From Acidimicrobiia bacterium (GTDB lineage Bacteria > Actinomycetota > Acidimicrobiia > Spongiisociales > UBA11373): DNA of 64,000 nt. The notes under the pieces are model-generated. The model made no database searches and was not told the DNA's origin. It saw only the letters and a program-made list of their open reading frames with translations. The position numbers were made by a program, and so were the translations under genes. The stretch is from the NCBI GenBank assembly GCA_036478235.1, contig JAZGDZ010000097.1, forward strand, positions 33,058-97,057, written 5' to 3'. Below, in pieces: positions 39,683 through 49,622 of this stretch. Position 1 is the stretch's first letter. Every line of letters starts with the position of its first letter.

Positions 39683-39912
39683 GCCGGTGACGTTGGTGAT
39701 GTTGAGGGCGAGGCAGGGGTGTCTCTGGCAAGGACGTGTAGCGCTGCCCGCCCGTAGGGCGGGGCCGCCGTGCGGAGGTGCTTCGGGGCCGAGTAGGACC
39801 CGAACGCCGCAGCTCAATCGGACGAAGGTGCACTTGACGTGCTTTGAGGACGAGGACGCAGCCAGAGGCGTCACTGGACGTCCTGAACGCGGCATACGTT
39901 GCCGGTCGGGGT
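39683..39912. repeat. Interspersed repeat family C, copy 2, with a nested module B
   Basis: Left and right arms match 24636-24795; 39725-39810 inserts a hairpin plus GTGCGGAGGTGCTTCGGGGCCGAGTAGGACCCGAACGCC (module B). Confidence 0.7.
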
Positions 39913-39944
39913 GCTAGATCGGCCCTCCGTATACTCCGCGGGCC

Positions 39945-41594
39945 ATGTCTCCCAACCGCCTCAGCCTGCGCCCACAGGACCTCAAGCAGATCCTCAACAG
40001 GTATCTGAAGCGTCTCCGCCAACACCGAGAGGCGCTCAATCGGCTCAACGTGTACCCGGTTCCCGACGGCGACACCGGAACCAACATGACGCTGACCGTT
40101 GAGTCGGTGGTGGCCGAGGTCGAGCCGGCCGAGAGCATGGAGGAGGTTGCCTCGGCCCTGGCGCACGGGGCGCTGATGGGGGCCCAAGGCAACAGCGGGA
40201 TCATCCTCAGTCAGATCCTGCGCGGACTGGCCGACGCCTTCAGAGACGCCGCGGATCTCGGCACTTCGCACCTCGTCGATGCGCTCGACAGGGCGTCGGA
40301 GGCCTCGTACAAGGCGGTGGGCAAGCCTGTCGAGGGGACGATCCTCACCGTGCTGCGCGAGGCATCCGAGGCGGCGCACGAGGCCGAAACCTCGGAAGGC
40401 GAGGATCTCGCCGATCTGTTGCGTCGCGTCTACGGGCGCGCCGAGACGTCCCTACGCAACACGCCGGAGTTGCTGCCGGTCTTGAAGGAGGCCGGCGTCG
40501 TCGATGCCGGAGCTGCAGGCTTCCTGCTTCTGCTGGTCGCCTTTCTCGAGGAGGTGACGGGCTCAGATGTTCCGCTGCCTGAGGCGATCTTTTCAGCGGC
40601 CGCGGCCCGGCGCGTCCATCCGGCCGACGGTGTGGCGGACGACCGTTCGATCGCCGACCTGCGCTACGAGGTCATGTATCTGCTCCGCTCGGAGGATCAG
40701 GCGGCGGGCGATCTCCTGCGTGAAACCTGGGCGTCGATGGGCGAATCGGTAGTCGTGGTCGGCGGCGAGGGGGTGTGGAACTGCCACATTCACACAGACG
40801 ACATCGGGCCGGCCCTCGAAGCGGGTATCGAGTTCGGACGGCCGGAACGGATCAAGATCACCGACCTGCTCGATCAGGTCTCCGAGGAGTCGTTCCACGA
40901 CGCCATCGGGTTCCGGCCCCGTCCCGAGTTCGAGCCGGCCGACCCTGGCATCGTCGCGGTTGGAGTTGGAGAGGGGATCGTCGGCCTGTTCCGCGATGCC
41001 GGAGTCCAGGGGATGGTCTTGGGCGGCCAGACCATGAATCCCTCGGTGCGCGACGTGCTCGGGGTTGTCGACTCCGTAGCCGCTTCGAACGTGATCGTTC
41101 TTCCGAACAACAAGAACATCGTTCCCGTCGCCGACCAGCTCGACGCGCTCAGCACCAAGCGAGTGCACGTGGTCCCGACGCGGTCGGTTCCCGAGGGTTT
41201 GGCCGCGATGATCGCCTACATGCCGGGCGGTGACCCGGATGCGACCGTTGCCGGGATGACAGCCGCCGCAGGGGACGTGACTTCGGGCGAGGTGACGCGG
41301 GCCGTTCGGGATGCGACGACCCCCGCCGGCGAGATCTCCGAGAGCGACTGGCTCGGGATCGTCTCGGGGGATGTGGCCGTCATCGCCGACGAGTGCTCCA
41401 AGGCCGTGGTCGGCGTCCTGGGGCGGATCGTGGACGACGATTCGGAGATCATCACGATCATTACCGGATCGGATGCCGAGCCGGAGATGACCGAGCGCAT
41501 CATCGCCGGCCTGGAGGAGCACAACCCGGACGTGACGATCGAGGTGGTGGCCGGCGGCCAACCGCTTTACCCCTACCTGTTCGGCGTCGAGTGA
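39945..41594 (+). CDS. DAK2 domain protein (YloV-like), conserved upstream partner of recG
   Basis: NVYPVPDGDTGTNMTLT Dak2 phosphate-binding motif; about 550 aa. Confidence 0.85.
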   Translation: MSPNRLSLRPQDLKQILNRYLKRLRQHREALNRLNVYPVPDGDTGTNMTLTVESVVAEVEPAESMEEVASALAHGALMGAQGNSGIILSQILRGLADAFRDAADLGTSHLVDALDRASEASYKAVGKPVEGTILTVLREASEAAHEAETSEGEDLADLLRRVYGRAETSLRNTPELLPVLKEAGVVDAGAAGFLLLLVAFLEEVTGSDVPLPEAIFSAAAARRVHPADGVADDRSIADLRYEVMYLLRSEDQAAGDLLRETWASMGESVVVVGGEGVWNCHIHTDDIGPALEAGIEFGRPERIKITDLLDQVSEESFHDAIGFRPRPEFEPADPGIVAVGVGEGIVGLFRDAGVQGMVLGGQTMNPSVRDVLGVVDSVAASNVIVLPNNKNIVPVADQLDALSTKRVHVVPTRSVPEGLAAMIAYMPGGDPDATVAGMTAAAGDVTSGEVTRAVRDATTPAGEISESDWLGIVSGDVAVIADECSKAVVGVLGRIVDDDSEIITIITGSDAEPEMTERIIAGLEEHNPDVTIEVVAGGQPLYPYLFGVE

Positions 41595-43678
41595 GCGGAA
41601 ACACGCTTGCCGAGTTGGCCGCCCCCGGCAAGGGGATCGAGTTGGTTCCCGGACTGAAGGGGAGGCGAGGCAAGAAACTGCGCGAGGTGGGGATGGCGAC
41701 GGTGGCCGATCTCCTCCTCCATGTGCCGCGGCGCTACATCGATCGGAGCCGCACCATCCCACTGGCCGACGTGCCGCTCGACGAGGAGATCACTGTGGTC
41801 GGCACCGTACAGAAAGTATCGGTTAGACGGCCCCGGCGCGGTCTGGTGATCGTCGAGGCGACGATCTACGACAAGACCGGGATACTCAAGGCGGTGTGGT
41901 TCAACCAGGCCTTTCGGGGACGCCAGCTCAACGAGGGCGCCGAGGTGGCTCTTTCGGGCACCGTGGCCCGCTACCGGGGGAGCCTGCAGATGCAGTCGCC
42001 CGATGCCGACGTGCTCGATCGCCCGTCGGAGTCGCTGGTCACGGGACGGGTCATGCCGGTTCATCCGTCGGTCGGTGGGGTGGGCCCCGGGTACCTGAGG
42101 CGGGCGATCCACTCCGCGCTCAAGAAGGCGCGCCCGATGCCGGATCCCCTGCCCGAAGAACTCCTTCAGCGGCTGGGTCTCGTGGATCGGGACACCGCGA
42201 TCGGCGACATCCACTTCCCCGAGGAGATGGAGGCCGCCGAGCGAGCCAGGGCCCGGCTTGTGTTCGACGAGCTCTTCCGGCTCGAGGTTGCCCTGGCGGT
42301 GCGTAAGCACCGCCAAATCGATGAGGCGGAAGGGCTGGCTCACGACCTCTCCGGAGGGTTGGTCGAGTCGTTCATCGAGTCGCTCCCATATGAACTCACC
42401 GACGCCCAGACGACGACGATCACCGAGATTCAGCGCGACCTGGCGGCGCCGCATCCGATGCACCGTCTCCTTCAGGGCGAGGTCGGCTCCGGCAAGACCG
42501 TGGTGGCGATGGCGGCCCTGCTCACCGCGGTGCAGAGCGGGTATCAGGGTGCGGTGATGGCGCCCACCGAGGTGCTGGCGGATCAGCACCACATCGGTCT
42601 GGCGCCGCTGGCCGAGCTGGTCGGAGTCCGCATGGCGCTCCTCACCGGCTCGTCGCCGAATCGAGACGAGGTCCTGGCGACCGTCGCCGACGGAACCGTC
42701 GACATCGTCGTCGGCACTCACGCCCTCATCCAGGAGGGGGTGTCGTTCGCCAACCTCGGCGTCGCGGTCGTGGACGAACAGCATCGCTTCGGTGTGCACC
42801 AGCGTGTCCAGCTGCGCGACAAGGCCGAGGGTCCTCAGCCGGACATGCTCATCATGACCGCCACCCCCATTCCGAGGACCCTGTCGATGACTCTGTACGG
42901 AGACCTCGACGTCTCGATTCTCGACGAGATGCCCCGGGGGAGGACTCCGGTTCAGGCCGATGCCGTTTCTCCGGACCCGGCTGCTCTCGACGACGTTTAT
43001 TCGATCATCCGCTCCGAGGTGGAGGCGGGACGTCAGGCCTTCGTCGTCTGCCCGCTGGTCGAGGATTCCCCAAAGCTGCAGGCGGCGTCGGCCACCGCGG
43101 AGCACGAGCGGCTCTCCGCGGTCTTCTCCGACCTGCGGGTGGCGCTGCTCCACGGCCAGATGAGGTCGGCGGACAAGGAGGCCGTCATGTCGGCCATGCG
43201 CGCCGGCGAGATCGACGTGCTCGTGGCCACGACGGTGATCGAGGTGGGCATCGATATTCCCAATGCCACCGTGATGGTGATCGAGGATGCCGATCGGTTC
43301 GGCCTCAGCCAGCTGCACCAGCTCCGGGGCCGGGTGGGGCGCGGAGAGCATCCCGGCAGATGCCTGCTGATAGCCGACCCGACCACGCCGGAGGGCGAAC
43401 AGCGGATCGCAGCGATGGTGGCGACCACGGACGGTTTCAGGCTCGCCGAGGAGGACTTGCGAATCAGGGGCCAGGGGTCGGTCTTCGGGGCGCGTCAGGC
43501 AGGGATGGCGGACCTCAAGCTCGCCGACGTGCTGGCGGACATGGACACGCTCGTGGTGGCACGGCGCGAGGCCTTCGACCTGGTGGCTCGGGATCCCGGA
43601 CTGGTCGAGCACCGACCGATCGCCGCCGAGGTGACTGCCCTGCTCGGGGGTTCCGAGGACTGGCTGTTCATCTCATGA
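41591..43678 (+). CDS. recG: ATP-dependent DNA helicase RecG
   Basis: Wedge domain, LLQGEVGSGKT Walker A, DEQHRFG, HQLRGRVGRG motif VI; GTG 41591 overlaps the DAK2 stop. Confidence 0.9.
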   Translation: MSGNTLAELAAPGKGIELVPGLKGRRGKKLREVGMATVADLLLHVPRRYIDRSRTIPLADVPLDEEITVVGTVQKVSVRRPRRGLVIVEATIYDKTGILKAVWFNQAFRGRQLNEGAEVALSGTVARYRGSLQMQSPDADVLDRPSESLVTGRVMPVHPSVGGVGPGYLRRAIHSALKKARPMPDPLPEELLQRLGLVDRDTAIGDIHFPEEMEAAERARARLVFDELFRLEVALAVRKHRQIDEAEGLAHDLSGGLVESFIESLPYELTDAQTTTITEIQRDLAAPHPMHRLLQGEVGSGKTVVAMAALLTAVQSGYQGAVMAPTEVLADQHHIGLAPLAELVGVRMALLTGSSPNRDEVLATVADGTVDIVVGTHALIQEGVSFANLGVAVVDEQHRFGVHQRVQLRDKAEGPQPDMLIMTATPIPRTLSMTLYGDLDVSILDEMPRGRTPVQADAVSPDPAALDDVYSIIRSEVEAGRQAFVVCPLVEDSPKLQAASATAEHERLSAVFSDLRVALLHGQMRSADKEAVMSAMRAGEIDVLVATTVIEVGIDIPNATVMVIEDADRFGLSQLHQLRGRVGRGEHPGRCLLIADPTTPEGEQRIAAMVATTDGFRLAEEDLRIRGQGSVFGARQAGMADLKLADVLADMDTLVVARREAFDLVARDPGLVEHRPIAAEVTALLGGSEDWLFIS

Positions 43679-44214
43679 GGATCATCGCCGGCATCGCCAA
43701 GGGAAGGGTGCTGCGGGCTCCCAAGGGGCCGAACACCAGGCCGATGATGGACCGGGCCAAGGAAGGGATCTTCTCAGCGCTCGGCGGCGCCGTGGACGGG
43801 GCGGCGGTCGTGGATCTCTATGCAGGCTCGGGAAGCCTCGGGCTGGAGGCGCTCAGCCGGGGCGCCAGGGCCGTCGTCTTCGTCGAGTCGCGGCACGATG
43901 CCGTCGTCGCGCTCAAGGTCAACATCGAAGCCGTCGGGCTGGGCGGCACCACGGTCGCCTCTCGGGTCGAGGACTACCTGGACCGGACGGGTGAAGCGTT
44001 CGATCTGGCATTCGTTGACCCTCCGTACGACCTGCCGCTACCGTCCGTCGAAGCGGTCCTCGGACGGCTCGTCCGTCGACTGTCCAGCGGTGCCACGGTC
44101 GTCGTTCACCGGCGCAAGGGGAGCGGCGAGGTTGCCGGCCCGGCAGGGCTCACCGTGGCCGACCGGAGGCGATACGGCGACGCCGAGGTGACTCGGCTCA
44201 TGAAGGAGGCGTAG
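43675..44214 (+). CDS. rsmD: 16S rRNA (guanine966-N2)-methyltransferase
   Basis: MRIIAGIAKGRVLRAP..., DLYAGSGSLGLEALSRGA, FVDPPY motifs; ATGA overlap with recG. Confidence 0.85.
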   Translation: MRIIAGIAKGRVLRAPKGPNTRPMMDRAKEGIFSALGGAVDGAAVVDLYAGSGSLGLEALSRGARAVVFVESRHDAVVALKVNIEAVGLGGTTVASRVEDYLDRTGEAFDLAFVDPPYDLPLPSVEAVLGRLVRRLSSGATVVVHRRKGSGEVAGPAGLTVADRRRYGDAEVTRLMKEA

Positions 44215-44216
44215 GC

Positions 44217-44690
44217 ATGACCACAGCGCTCGTGCCGGGAAGCTTCGATCCGCCCACCAACGGCCACATCGACGTGGTGAAGCGATGTGCCTCGATTTTC
44301 GACAGGGTGGTCATCGGCGTCGCCCTCAACCCGTCCAAGGATTCGCTCTTCACTTCGGAGGAGCGCAAACAGATGCTCAAGGAGCATTGTCCGTGGCCCA
44401 ACGTCGAGGTGGACAGCTTCGACGGCCTTCTGGTCCACTTCGCCAAGGCCGTCGGCACGGATGTGATCGTCAAAGGCCTGCGCGCTCTGACTGACTTCGA
44501 CTATGAACTCCAGCTGGCCCAGATGAACCGGCACCTCTCGGGCATCGTGACGATGTTCGTTGCCACCAAACCCGAGCTGGGCTATCTGTCGTCGTCCCTG
44601 GTGAAGGAGGTGGCGCGTTTCGGCGGCGACGTGGCGGATCTCGTGCCCGATTCTGTGGCCGTCGCCCTCAAGGAGAGGTTTGCATCATGA
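44217..44690 (+). CDS. coaD: Phosphopantetheine adenylyltransferase
   Basis: PGSFDPPTNGHIDVV (T/HxGH) motif; GAAGGAGG RBS. Confidence 0.9.
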   Translation: MTTALVPGSFDPPTNGHIDVVKRCASIFDRVVIGVALNPSKDSLFTSEERKQMLKEHCPWPNVEVDSFDGLLVHFAKAVGTDVIVKGLRALTDFDYELQLAQMNRHLSGIVTMFVATKPELGYLSSSLVKEVARFGGDVADLVPDSVAVALKERFAS

Positions 44691-45220
44691 GCGAAGACGT
44701 CGAGCTCGATCAGATCGAAGCAGTCACCGTCCCGCCCCGGACCGGTGAACTGCTCGATGTGGTGGACGAGCTCATCATCGGGGTCGAGGGTGCTCGCAAT
44801 GTTCCGCTCTCGGGCAACGTCATGCTCGACCGTGAAGTGCTGCTCGAGATGCTGTACCGGTTGCGCGACGATCTCCCCGAGGAGCTCCGCGCCGCCCGTT
44901 GGATGGTGCGGGAGCGCGAGGCCTTCGTGTCGCGTACCAATGAGACCGCCCGGGAGATGCTGGAACGTGCCCGGAGCCAGAGCGAAGAGCTCGTGTCGGA
45001 GTCGTACATAGTGAAGGAGGCGGTGGACGAGGCGAATGCCTTGGTCCGCCACGCCGAAGCCGAAGCCACCCGCATCCGTCTTGAGGCGGAGGACTACAGC
45101 GAGCAGGCGTTCGAGCAGATCGAGGCGGTTCTGGCGGACCTGCTGGCCCAGGTGCGCGCTGCTCGGGCGGAGCTCCACCAGACTCGGCGACGGAGCCCGG
45201 AGTACGACGAGGAAGCCTAA
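44687..45220 (+). CDS. Conserved actinobacterial coiled-coil protein (Rv2927c-position homologue), function unknown
   Basis: Sits between coaD and yceD as in mycobacteria; acidic N-terminus, helical C-terminal half. Confidence 0.55.
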   Translation: MSEDVELDQIEAVTVPPRTGELLDVVDELIIGVEGARNVPLSGNVMLDREVLLEMLYRLRDDLPEELRAARWMVREREAFVSRTNETAREMLERARSQSEELVSESYIVKEAVDEANALVRHAEAEATRIRLEAEDYSEQAFEQIEAVLADLLAQVRAARAELHQTRRRSPEYDEEA

Positions 45221-45225
45221 GAGGG

Positions 45226-45355
45226 TGCGCTGAGAGGCGCGGACTCGGCGGCCTGGGGTGGGAGCCCGCTGAGCGATGCATGTCACTCATCGCCGCAGCC
45301 GAATCCCGAAGGCTGCAGCCAAACCAGCGAAGAGCCATGAACACCCGGCCGGTAC
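45226..45355. repeat. Interspersed repeat unit A copy with a divergent internal insert
   Basis: GGCGCGGACTCGGCGGCCTGGGG...CAGCGAAGAGCCATGAACAC. Confidence 0.6.
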
Positions 45356-45364
45356 AGTGGTCGG

Positions 45365-45859
45365 GTGGTGTCGTCACCGTTTGTCGTACCCGTCTCCGAT
45401 CTCATCGCCGAACCGGGCTTGCGTCGCGAAATTCGGCTGGACGCGGTCGTGGACTGGAGGTTCGAGCTGGCCGCCATCGGTCCCGGGATACACGCAGAGC
45501 TGATCCTGGAAAACGCGTCGGGAGTCCTCGTGGTGCGCGGTTCGGCGCAGGCCGAGCTCGGGCTCACCTGCCACCGCTGCCTCACCGAATGGTCGGAGCC
45601 CCTGGGCGTGGAGCTGACGGAGGCTCTCGGATTCGAAGGCGACGAGGACGGCTACTCGCTGGACCGCGATACCGCGGACCTCGAACCGGCGCTGCGCGAC
45701 GCCGTCCTGTTGAACGTTCCCCTGCGGCCGCTGTGCCGCGAAGGGTGTCTCGGAATTTGCGCCACGTGTGGAGCCGACTTGAATACCGGTTCCTGTCCCG
45801 GACACGAGGAGGAGGGGTCTTCTCCCTTCGCTGGACTTCGGGATTTGCTAGAACCCTGA
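45365..45859 (+). CDS. yceD: YceD/DUF177 protein (large-subunit rRNA accumulation)
   Basis: C-terminal CREGCLGICATCGADLN Cys motif; precedes rpmF. Confidence 0.8.
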   Translation: MVSSPFVVPVSDLIAEPGLRREIRLDAVVDWRFELAAIGPGIHAELILENASGVLVVRGSAQAELGLTCHRCLTEWSEPLGVELTEALGFEGDEDGYSLDRDTADLEPALRDAVLLNVPLRPLCREGCLGICATCGADLNTGSCPGHEEEGSSPFAGLRDLLEP

Positions 45860-45883
45860 TCGAACTCGCGGAAAGGGCGCGCC

Positions 45884-46057
45884 ATGGCGGTTCCCAAGAA
45901 GAAGATGTCCCGCTCCCGTACCCGGCGGCGGAAGGCGACGTGGAAGGTGACCCGAACCCAGACCACGCGTTGTCCGCAGTGCGACTCGGCCAAGCTTCCG
46001 CACCGCGTGTGTCCGGAGTGCGGGACGTACAAGGGCCGGGAGGTCATCCCGAGCTAG
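45884..46057 (+). CDS. rpmF: 50S ribosomal protein L32 (absent from the ORF table because under 60 aa)
   Basis: MAVPKKKMSRSRTRRRKATWK...CPQCDSAKLPHRVCPECGTYKGREV. Confidence 0.85.
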   Translation: MAVPKKKMSRSRTRRRKATWKVTRTQTTRCPQCDSAKLPHRVCPECGTYKGREVIPS

Positions 46058-46073
46058 GGGTGGGGGTTCGGTC

Positions 46074-47054
46074 ATGGCACGGATAGCCCTCGACGCGATG
46101 GGCGGGGACCATGCCCCGCACGAGACCGTTTCGGGCGCCCTCGACGCCGCCGCGCGCGGCGTCGATGTCGTTCTCGTGGGCGATGAGGCCGTGCTCGACG
46201 CCCGCCTCGACGAGTTGGGGGGGCGGCTCCCGGTGGTCCACGCTCCCGAGGTCATCGAGATGGCTGAGGATCCGGCGGCTGCGATCCGATCCAAGAAGGG
46301 CGCATCGGTGATGGTGGCGGCGGGCCTGGTGGCCGATGGGGACGCCGTGGGGATGGTGTCGGCGGGATCGACCGGGGCGGCGCTGGCGGCTGCGGCTTTC
46401 GTCATCGGCAGAATCAAGGGTGTTGCCCGCCCGGCGATCGCTGCCATCTTCCCGCTGGGCACTCCCACCGTCGTGCTCGACGTGGGGGCCAACCTCGATG
46501 TCAAGCCCGAACACTTGGTCCAGTTCGCCGTCATGGGCTCCGTGGTGGCCGAGGTTTACCTCGGTGTGGAAGATCCGGCGGTCGGGCTCCTCAACATTGG
46601 CGAGGAGGAGACCAAGGGTAGGGAAGTGGAGAAGGAGGCATTTCGCCTCATCGGCGCAGCGCCGGTCCGGTTCATCGGCAACGTCGAGGGACGGGATCTC
46701 GGCGCCGGAGTGGCCGATGTCGTGGTCAGCGACGGGTTCACCGGAAACGTCCTGCTCAAGTCCGCCGAAGGGACCGCCCGGGCGGTGGGCCGCTACGTCC
46801 TCGATGGACTGGCGGCCGTGGTGGACGACGAGGTGCGAAAGGCCGCCGCCGTAGTTCGGCCCCATCTGCTGAAGCTGTGGGAGAAGTTCGATCCGGACGC
46901 GTACGGAGGAGCCCACCTCGTCGGAGCTCGGGGAACGGTGGTCATCGCCCACGGTTCATCGTCGCGGGTCGCGGTGGCGAACGCCCTCCGGCTCGCTTCT
47001 GAGGGTGCCGAGCGCGACCTGGTGGGGCGCATCGAGGTGGGGTTGCGTGGCTGA
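46074..47054 (+). CDS. plsX: Phosphate acyltransferase PlsX
   Basis: IALDAMGGDHAP start and AHGSS motif. Confidence 0.9.
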   Translation: MARIALDAMGGDHAPHETVSGALDAAARGVDVVLVGDEAVLDARLDELGGRLPVVHAPEVIEMAEDPAAAIRSKKGASVMVAAGLVADGDAVGMVSAGSTGAALAAAAFVIGRIKGVARPAIAAIFPLGTPTVVLDVGANLDVKPEHLVQFAVMGSVVAEVYLGVEDPAVGLLNIGEEETKGREVEKEAFRLIGAAPVRFIGNVEGRDLGAGVADVVVSDGFTGNVLLKSAEGTARAVGRYVLDGLAAVVDDEVRKAAAVVRPHLLKLWEKFDPDAYGGAHLVGARGTVVIAHGSSSRVAVANALRLASEGAERDLVGRIEVGLRG

Positions 47055-47721
47055 GCTCGAAGGCGCCCTCGGGTATGTCTTCGACGACGCCTCACTACTG
47101 CGGACGGCCCTCACCCACAGATCACTCGAGGCCGAGTACCCGGCTGCGGTCTCGAACGAGCGCCTCGAGTTCCTGGGCGATGCCGTCCTCGGCCTGGTGG
47201 TGGCCGGCGAGCTTTATGAGGCCGGAGACATGCCCGAGGGTGCAATGGCGAAGGTCAGGGCGGCGGTCGTCAATGAGGCGGCGCTTGCTCGCGTCGCTCG
47301 TCAGCTGGCGCTTGGCGACCACCTGGGTCTCGGCAAGGGGGAGGCTGCCTCGGGCGGCCGCGACAAGGCTTCGATCCTGGCCGATGCACTAGAGGCCGTC
47401 ATAGGCGCGATCTACCTCGATGGTGGGATCGAGCCGGCGCTCCGATTCATCAAGACTCACTGGAAGGAGCTGATCGAGGACCGGGCCGCCGCTCCCGGCG
47501 AGCGTGACTACAAGACGCGGCTTCAGGAGGTGTTGGCCAAGCGGGGGGAGGTTCCGGCGTACGACGTCACCGGCGCCGGGCCCGACCACGACCGGGAGTT
47601 CGCCGCACGGGTGGCGGCCGGAGGAGCCGTCCTCGGCGAAGGCATCGGCTCGTCGAAAAAGCGTGCCGAGCAGGCGGCGGCGCGCGGCGCGCTCGCGGCG
47701 CTCGGGGAGGAGGATGCCTGA
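47047..47721 (+). CDS. rnc: Ribonuclease III
   Basis: HRSLEAEYPAAVSNERLEFLGDAVL RNase III signature and C-terminal dsRBD; GTG 47047. Confidence 0.85.
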   Translation: MAELEGALGYVFDDASLLRTALTHRSLEAEYPAAVSNERLEFLGDAVLGLVVAGELYEAGDMPEGAMAKVRAAVVNEAALARVARQLALGDHLGLGKGEAASGGRDKASILADALEAVIGAIYLDGGIEPALRFIKTHWKELIEDRAAAPGERDYKTRLQEVLAKRGEVPAYDVTGAGPDHDREFAARVAAGGAVLGEGIGSSKKRAEQAAARGALAALGEEDA

Positions 47722-48544
47722 GCTGCCCGAGGTGGAGACGACCCGCCGTCATCTCGAGCCGGTGTTGGTCGGAGCCCGGGTGGAGCGCGTGGAGGTCAGG
47801 CGCCACCGAATGGTGCGCCGGCAGGAATCGACGGCCGACTTCATCCACCGCCTGAAGGGGCGAAGCATCGCCGCGCTCGATCGGAAGGGAAAATTTCTCC
47901 TGGCGCGCCTGACGGGCGACTTCACGTGGATCACCCATCTGGGGATGTCGGGCCGGCTTCAGGTGGCAGTCGGCGGGGAACCCGAGGTGCCCCACACCAA
48001 CGTGCTCGTGGCTCTGGCCGGTGGCGCCGAGGTGCGGTTCGTCGATCCGCGAACCTTCGGCTTCATGGCCGTCTACACCCCCGAAGAGCTCGCACGGTCG
48101 CCCTTGGCCTCTCTGGGCCGCGACGCCCTCGACGACCTGCCACGCTCGTCGTACTTCGCCGGGCTGCTGGCGGGGCGTACGGCACCGATCAAGGCTCTGC
48201 TGCTCGATCAGAGGATCGTCGCCGGGCTCGGGAACATCTATGCCGACGAGGTGCTCCATCGTGCCCGAATAGATCCCAATCGTCTCGGTGGATCACTGGA
48301 GGGCGACGAGATCAAGGCGCTGCGCGCTGCCATCAGGCCCGTACTCGAGGCCGGGCTGAAGGCGGGGGGAACCAGCCTCGACGACAGGGCCTACCTGCTT
48401 CCGGACGGGCGCGCCGGAGATTACCTGATCCGCCTCCGGGTCTACGGTCGGGCCGGGGAGCGATGCCGGCGCTGCGGCGGGACCGTGACCGCCGGCGTGC
48501 TGCGAGGCCGGAGCACGCACTGGTGCCCCCGATGTCAGCGATGA
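47714..48544 (+). CDS. mutM: Formamidopyrimidine-DNA glycosylase
   Basis: MPELPEVETTRR start; C-terminal zinc finger CRRCGGTV...CPRCQ. Confidence 0.85.
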   Translation: MPELPEVETTRRHLEPVLVGARVERVEVRRHRMVRRQESTADFIHRLKGRSIAALDRKGKFLLARLTGDFTWITHLGMSGRLQVAVGGEPEVPHTNVLVALAGGAEVRFVDPRTFGFMAVYTPEELARSPLASLGRDALDDLPRSSYFAGLLAGRTAPIKALLLDQRIVAGLGNIYADEVLHRARIDPNRLGGSLEGDEIKALRAAIRPVLEAGLKAGGTSLDDRAYLLPDGRAGDYLIRLRVYGRAGERCRRCGGTVTAGVLRGRSTHWCPRCQR

Positions 48545-49188
48545 GGATCGTTCTCGTTCTGGCACTGACGCTGGCGGCGTGTTCGAGTGATGCGGCCACG
48601 TCGGCTTCGGTGGCGCCTGCCCCTGCAGAGCGCCTGGCCGCCGAGTACGCCGTGTCCGCGGAGCGAGCCCTGGGGGGCACCGCCTTCGAACCGCTGGGAA
48701 GCGACGAATTGGCGAGAATCGTCGTCGGCCTGTGTCGCGGGCTCGGCGTCGGCGCGATCCCGGCCACGATCGACGGCCTCGACGTCGCCGCTCCCGCCGG
48801 CGACGTCGCCATCCTGTCGGAGGTGCTTGTCGTCGGCGTCGGTCAGGTCTGTCCGGAACGCGCTCCGCTCGACCTGATCGGCATCTACCTCGACGCCGTC
48901 GCCGGCGCCGCTCGAGATGCGGGAGCCGAGGCGGCGTTCGACGAGGCGGCCGCGGTGCGGGCCGCTCCCGTGGTTTGCGAGTCACTCGAGTCGGGGGCCG
49001 GAGTCGAGGCAGCGTTGCTGGCCGCGGTATGGGCGTTGTTCGAAGTCGATGCGGCAGCGGTGGACGATCTCGCCGACCGCCTCGCCGGAGATCAGGGCCT
49101 GATCGCCGGCGCCGTTCTCGGGTCGGCGACCGCCCTCTTGTGTCCGAAGCATGTCGGCGAGGTCGAGGCATTCGTGGTGGGCCTGTGA
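48541..49188 (+). CDS. Putative lipoprotein (signal peptide plus LAAC lipobox)
   Basis: MRIVLVLALTLAACSSD; Ala-rich; upstream part of the longer ORF-table frame is Arg-rich junk. Confidence 0.55.
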   Translation: MRIVLVLALTLAACSSDAATSASVAPAPAERLAAEYAVSAERALGGTAFEPLGSDELARIVVGLCRGLGVGAIPATIDGLDVAAPAGDVAILSEVLVVGVGQVCPERAPLDLIGIYLDAVAGAARDAGAEAAFDEAAAVRAAPVVCESLESGAGVEAALLAAVWALFEVDAAAVDDLADRLAGDQGLIAGAVLGSATALLCPKHVGEVEAFVVGL

Positions 49189-49454
49189 TCGCGATCTCGG
49201 CCACCGTCACCGGAGGAGTTCAGGGTGTCGGATTCCGGTGGTCGGCCCGCCACGAGGCGCTGCGGCTGGGTCTCGTCGGCTGGGTGCGCAACCTTCCCGA
49301 TGGATCGGTCGAGGTGTACGCCGAAGGCGATCCGGCTGCGATCGAGCGATTCCTGCATTGGCTGAGCATGGGACCTCCGGCGGCCCGGGTGAACAGCGTG
49401 CGTCACATACCCGTCGAGCCGGTAGGAGTGGCGACGTTCGAAGTCGTCGATTGA
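49185..49454 (+). CDS. acyP: Acylphosphatase
   Basis: VQGVGFRW and GWVRNLPDGSVE motifs; GTGA overlap with the lipoprotein stop. Confidence 0.8.
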   Translation: MIAISATVTGGVQGVGFRWSARHEALRLGLVGWVRNLPDGSVEVYAEGDPAAIERFLHWLSMGPPAARVNSVRHIPVEPVGVATFEVVD

Positions 49455-49580
49455 GAGTACGCGCCGATAGGCGCGTACTCGGCGGCCTGGGGTTGGGGCC
49501 CCCGGGCCGCACTGCGATGAGCCGTCAGGCGAAGAGCCATCGACAGTGCTCAAAGCGTCCGCCAATCGGCGGACGCTTTG
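49455..49580. repeat. Interspersed repeat unit A copy followed by a 13-bp perfect inverted repeat (terminator-like)
   Basis: GAGAGTACGCGCCGATAGGCGCGTACTCGGCGGCCTGGGGTTGGGGCCCCCGGGCCGCA...GGCGAAGAGCCATCGACAG then CAAAGCGTCCGCC-AATC-GGCGGACGCTTTG. Confidence 0.65.
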
Positions 49581-49622
49581 AACCACAACGTTGTGATTCG
49601 GGGTGATAGCCTTGGCGCACCC

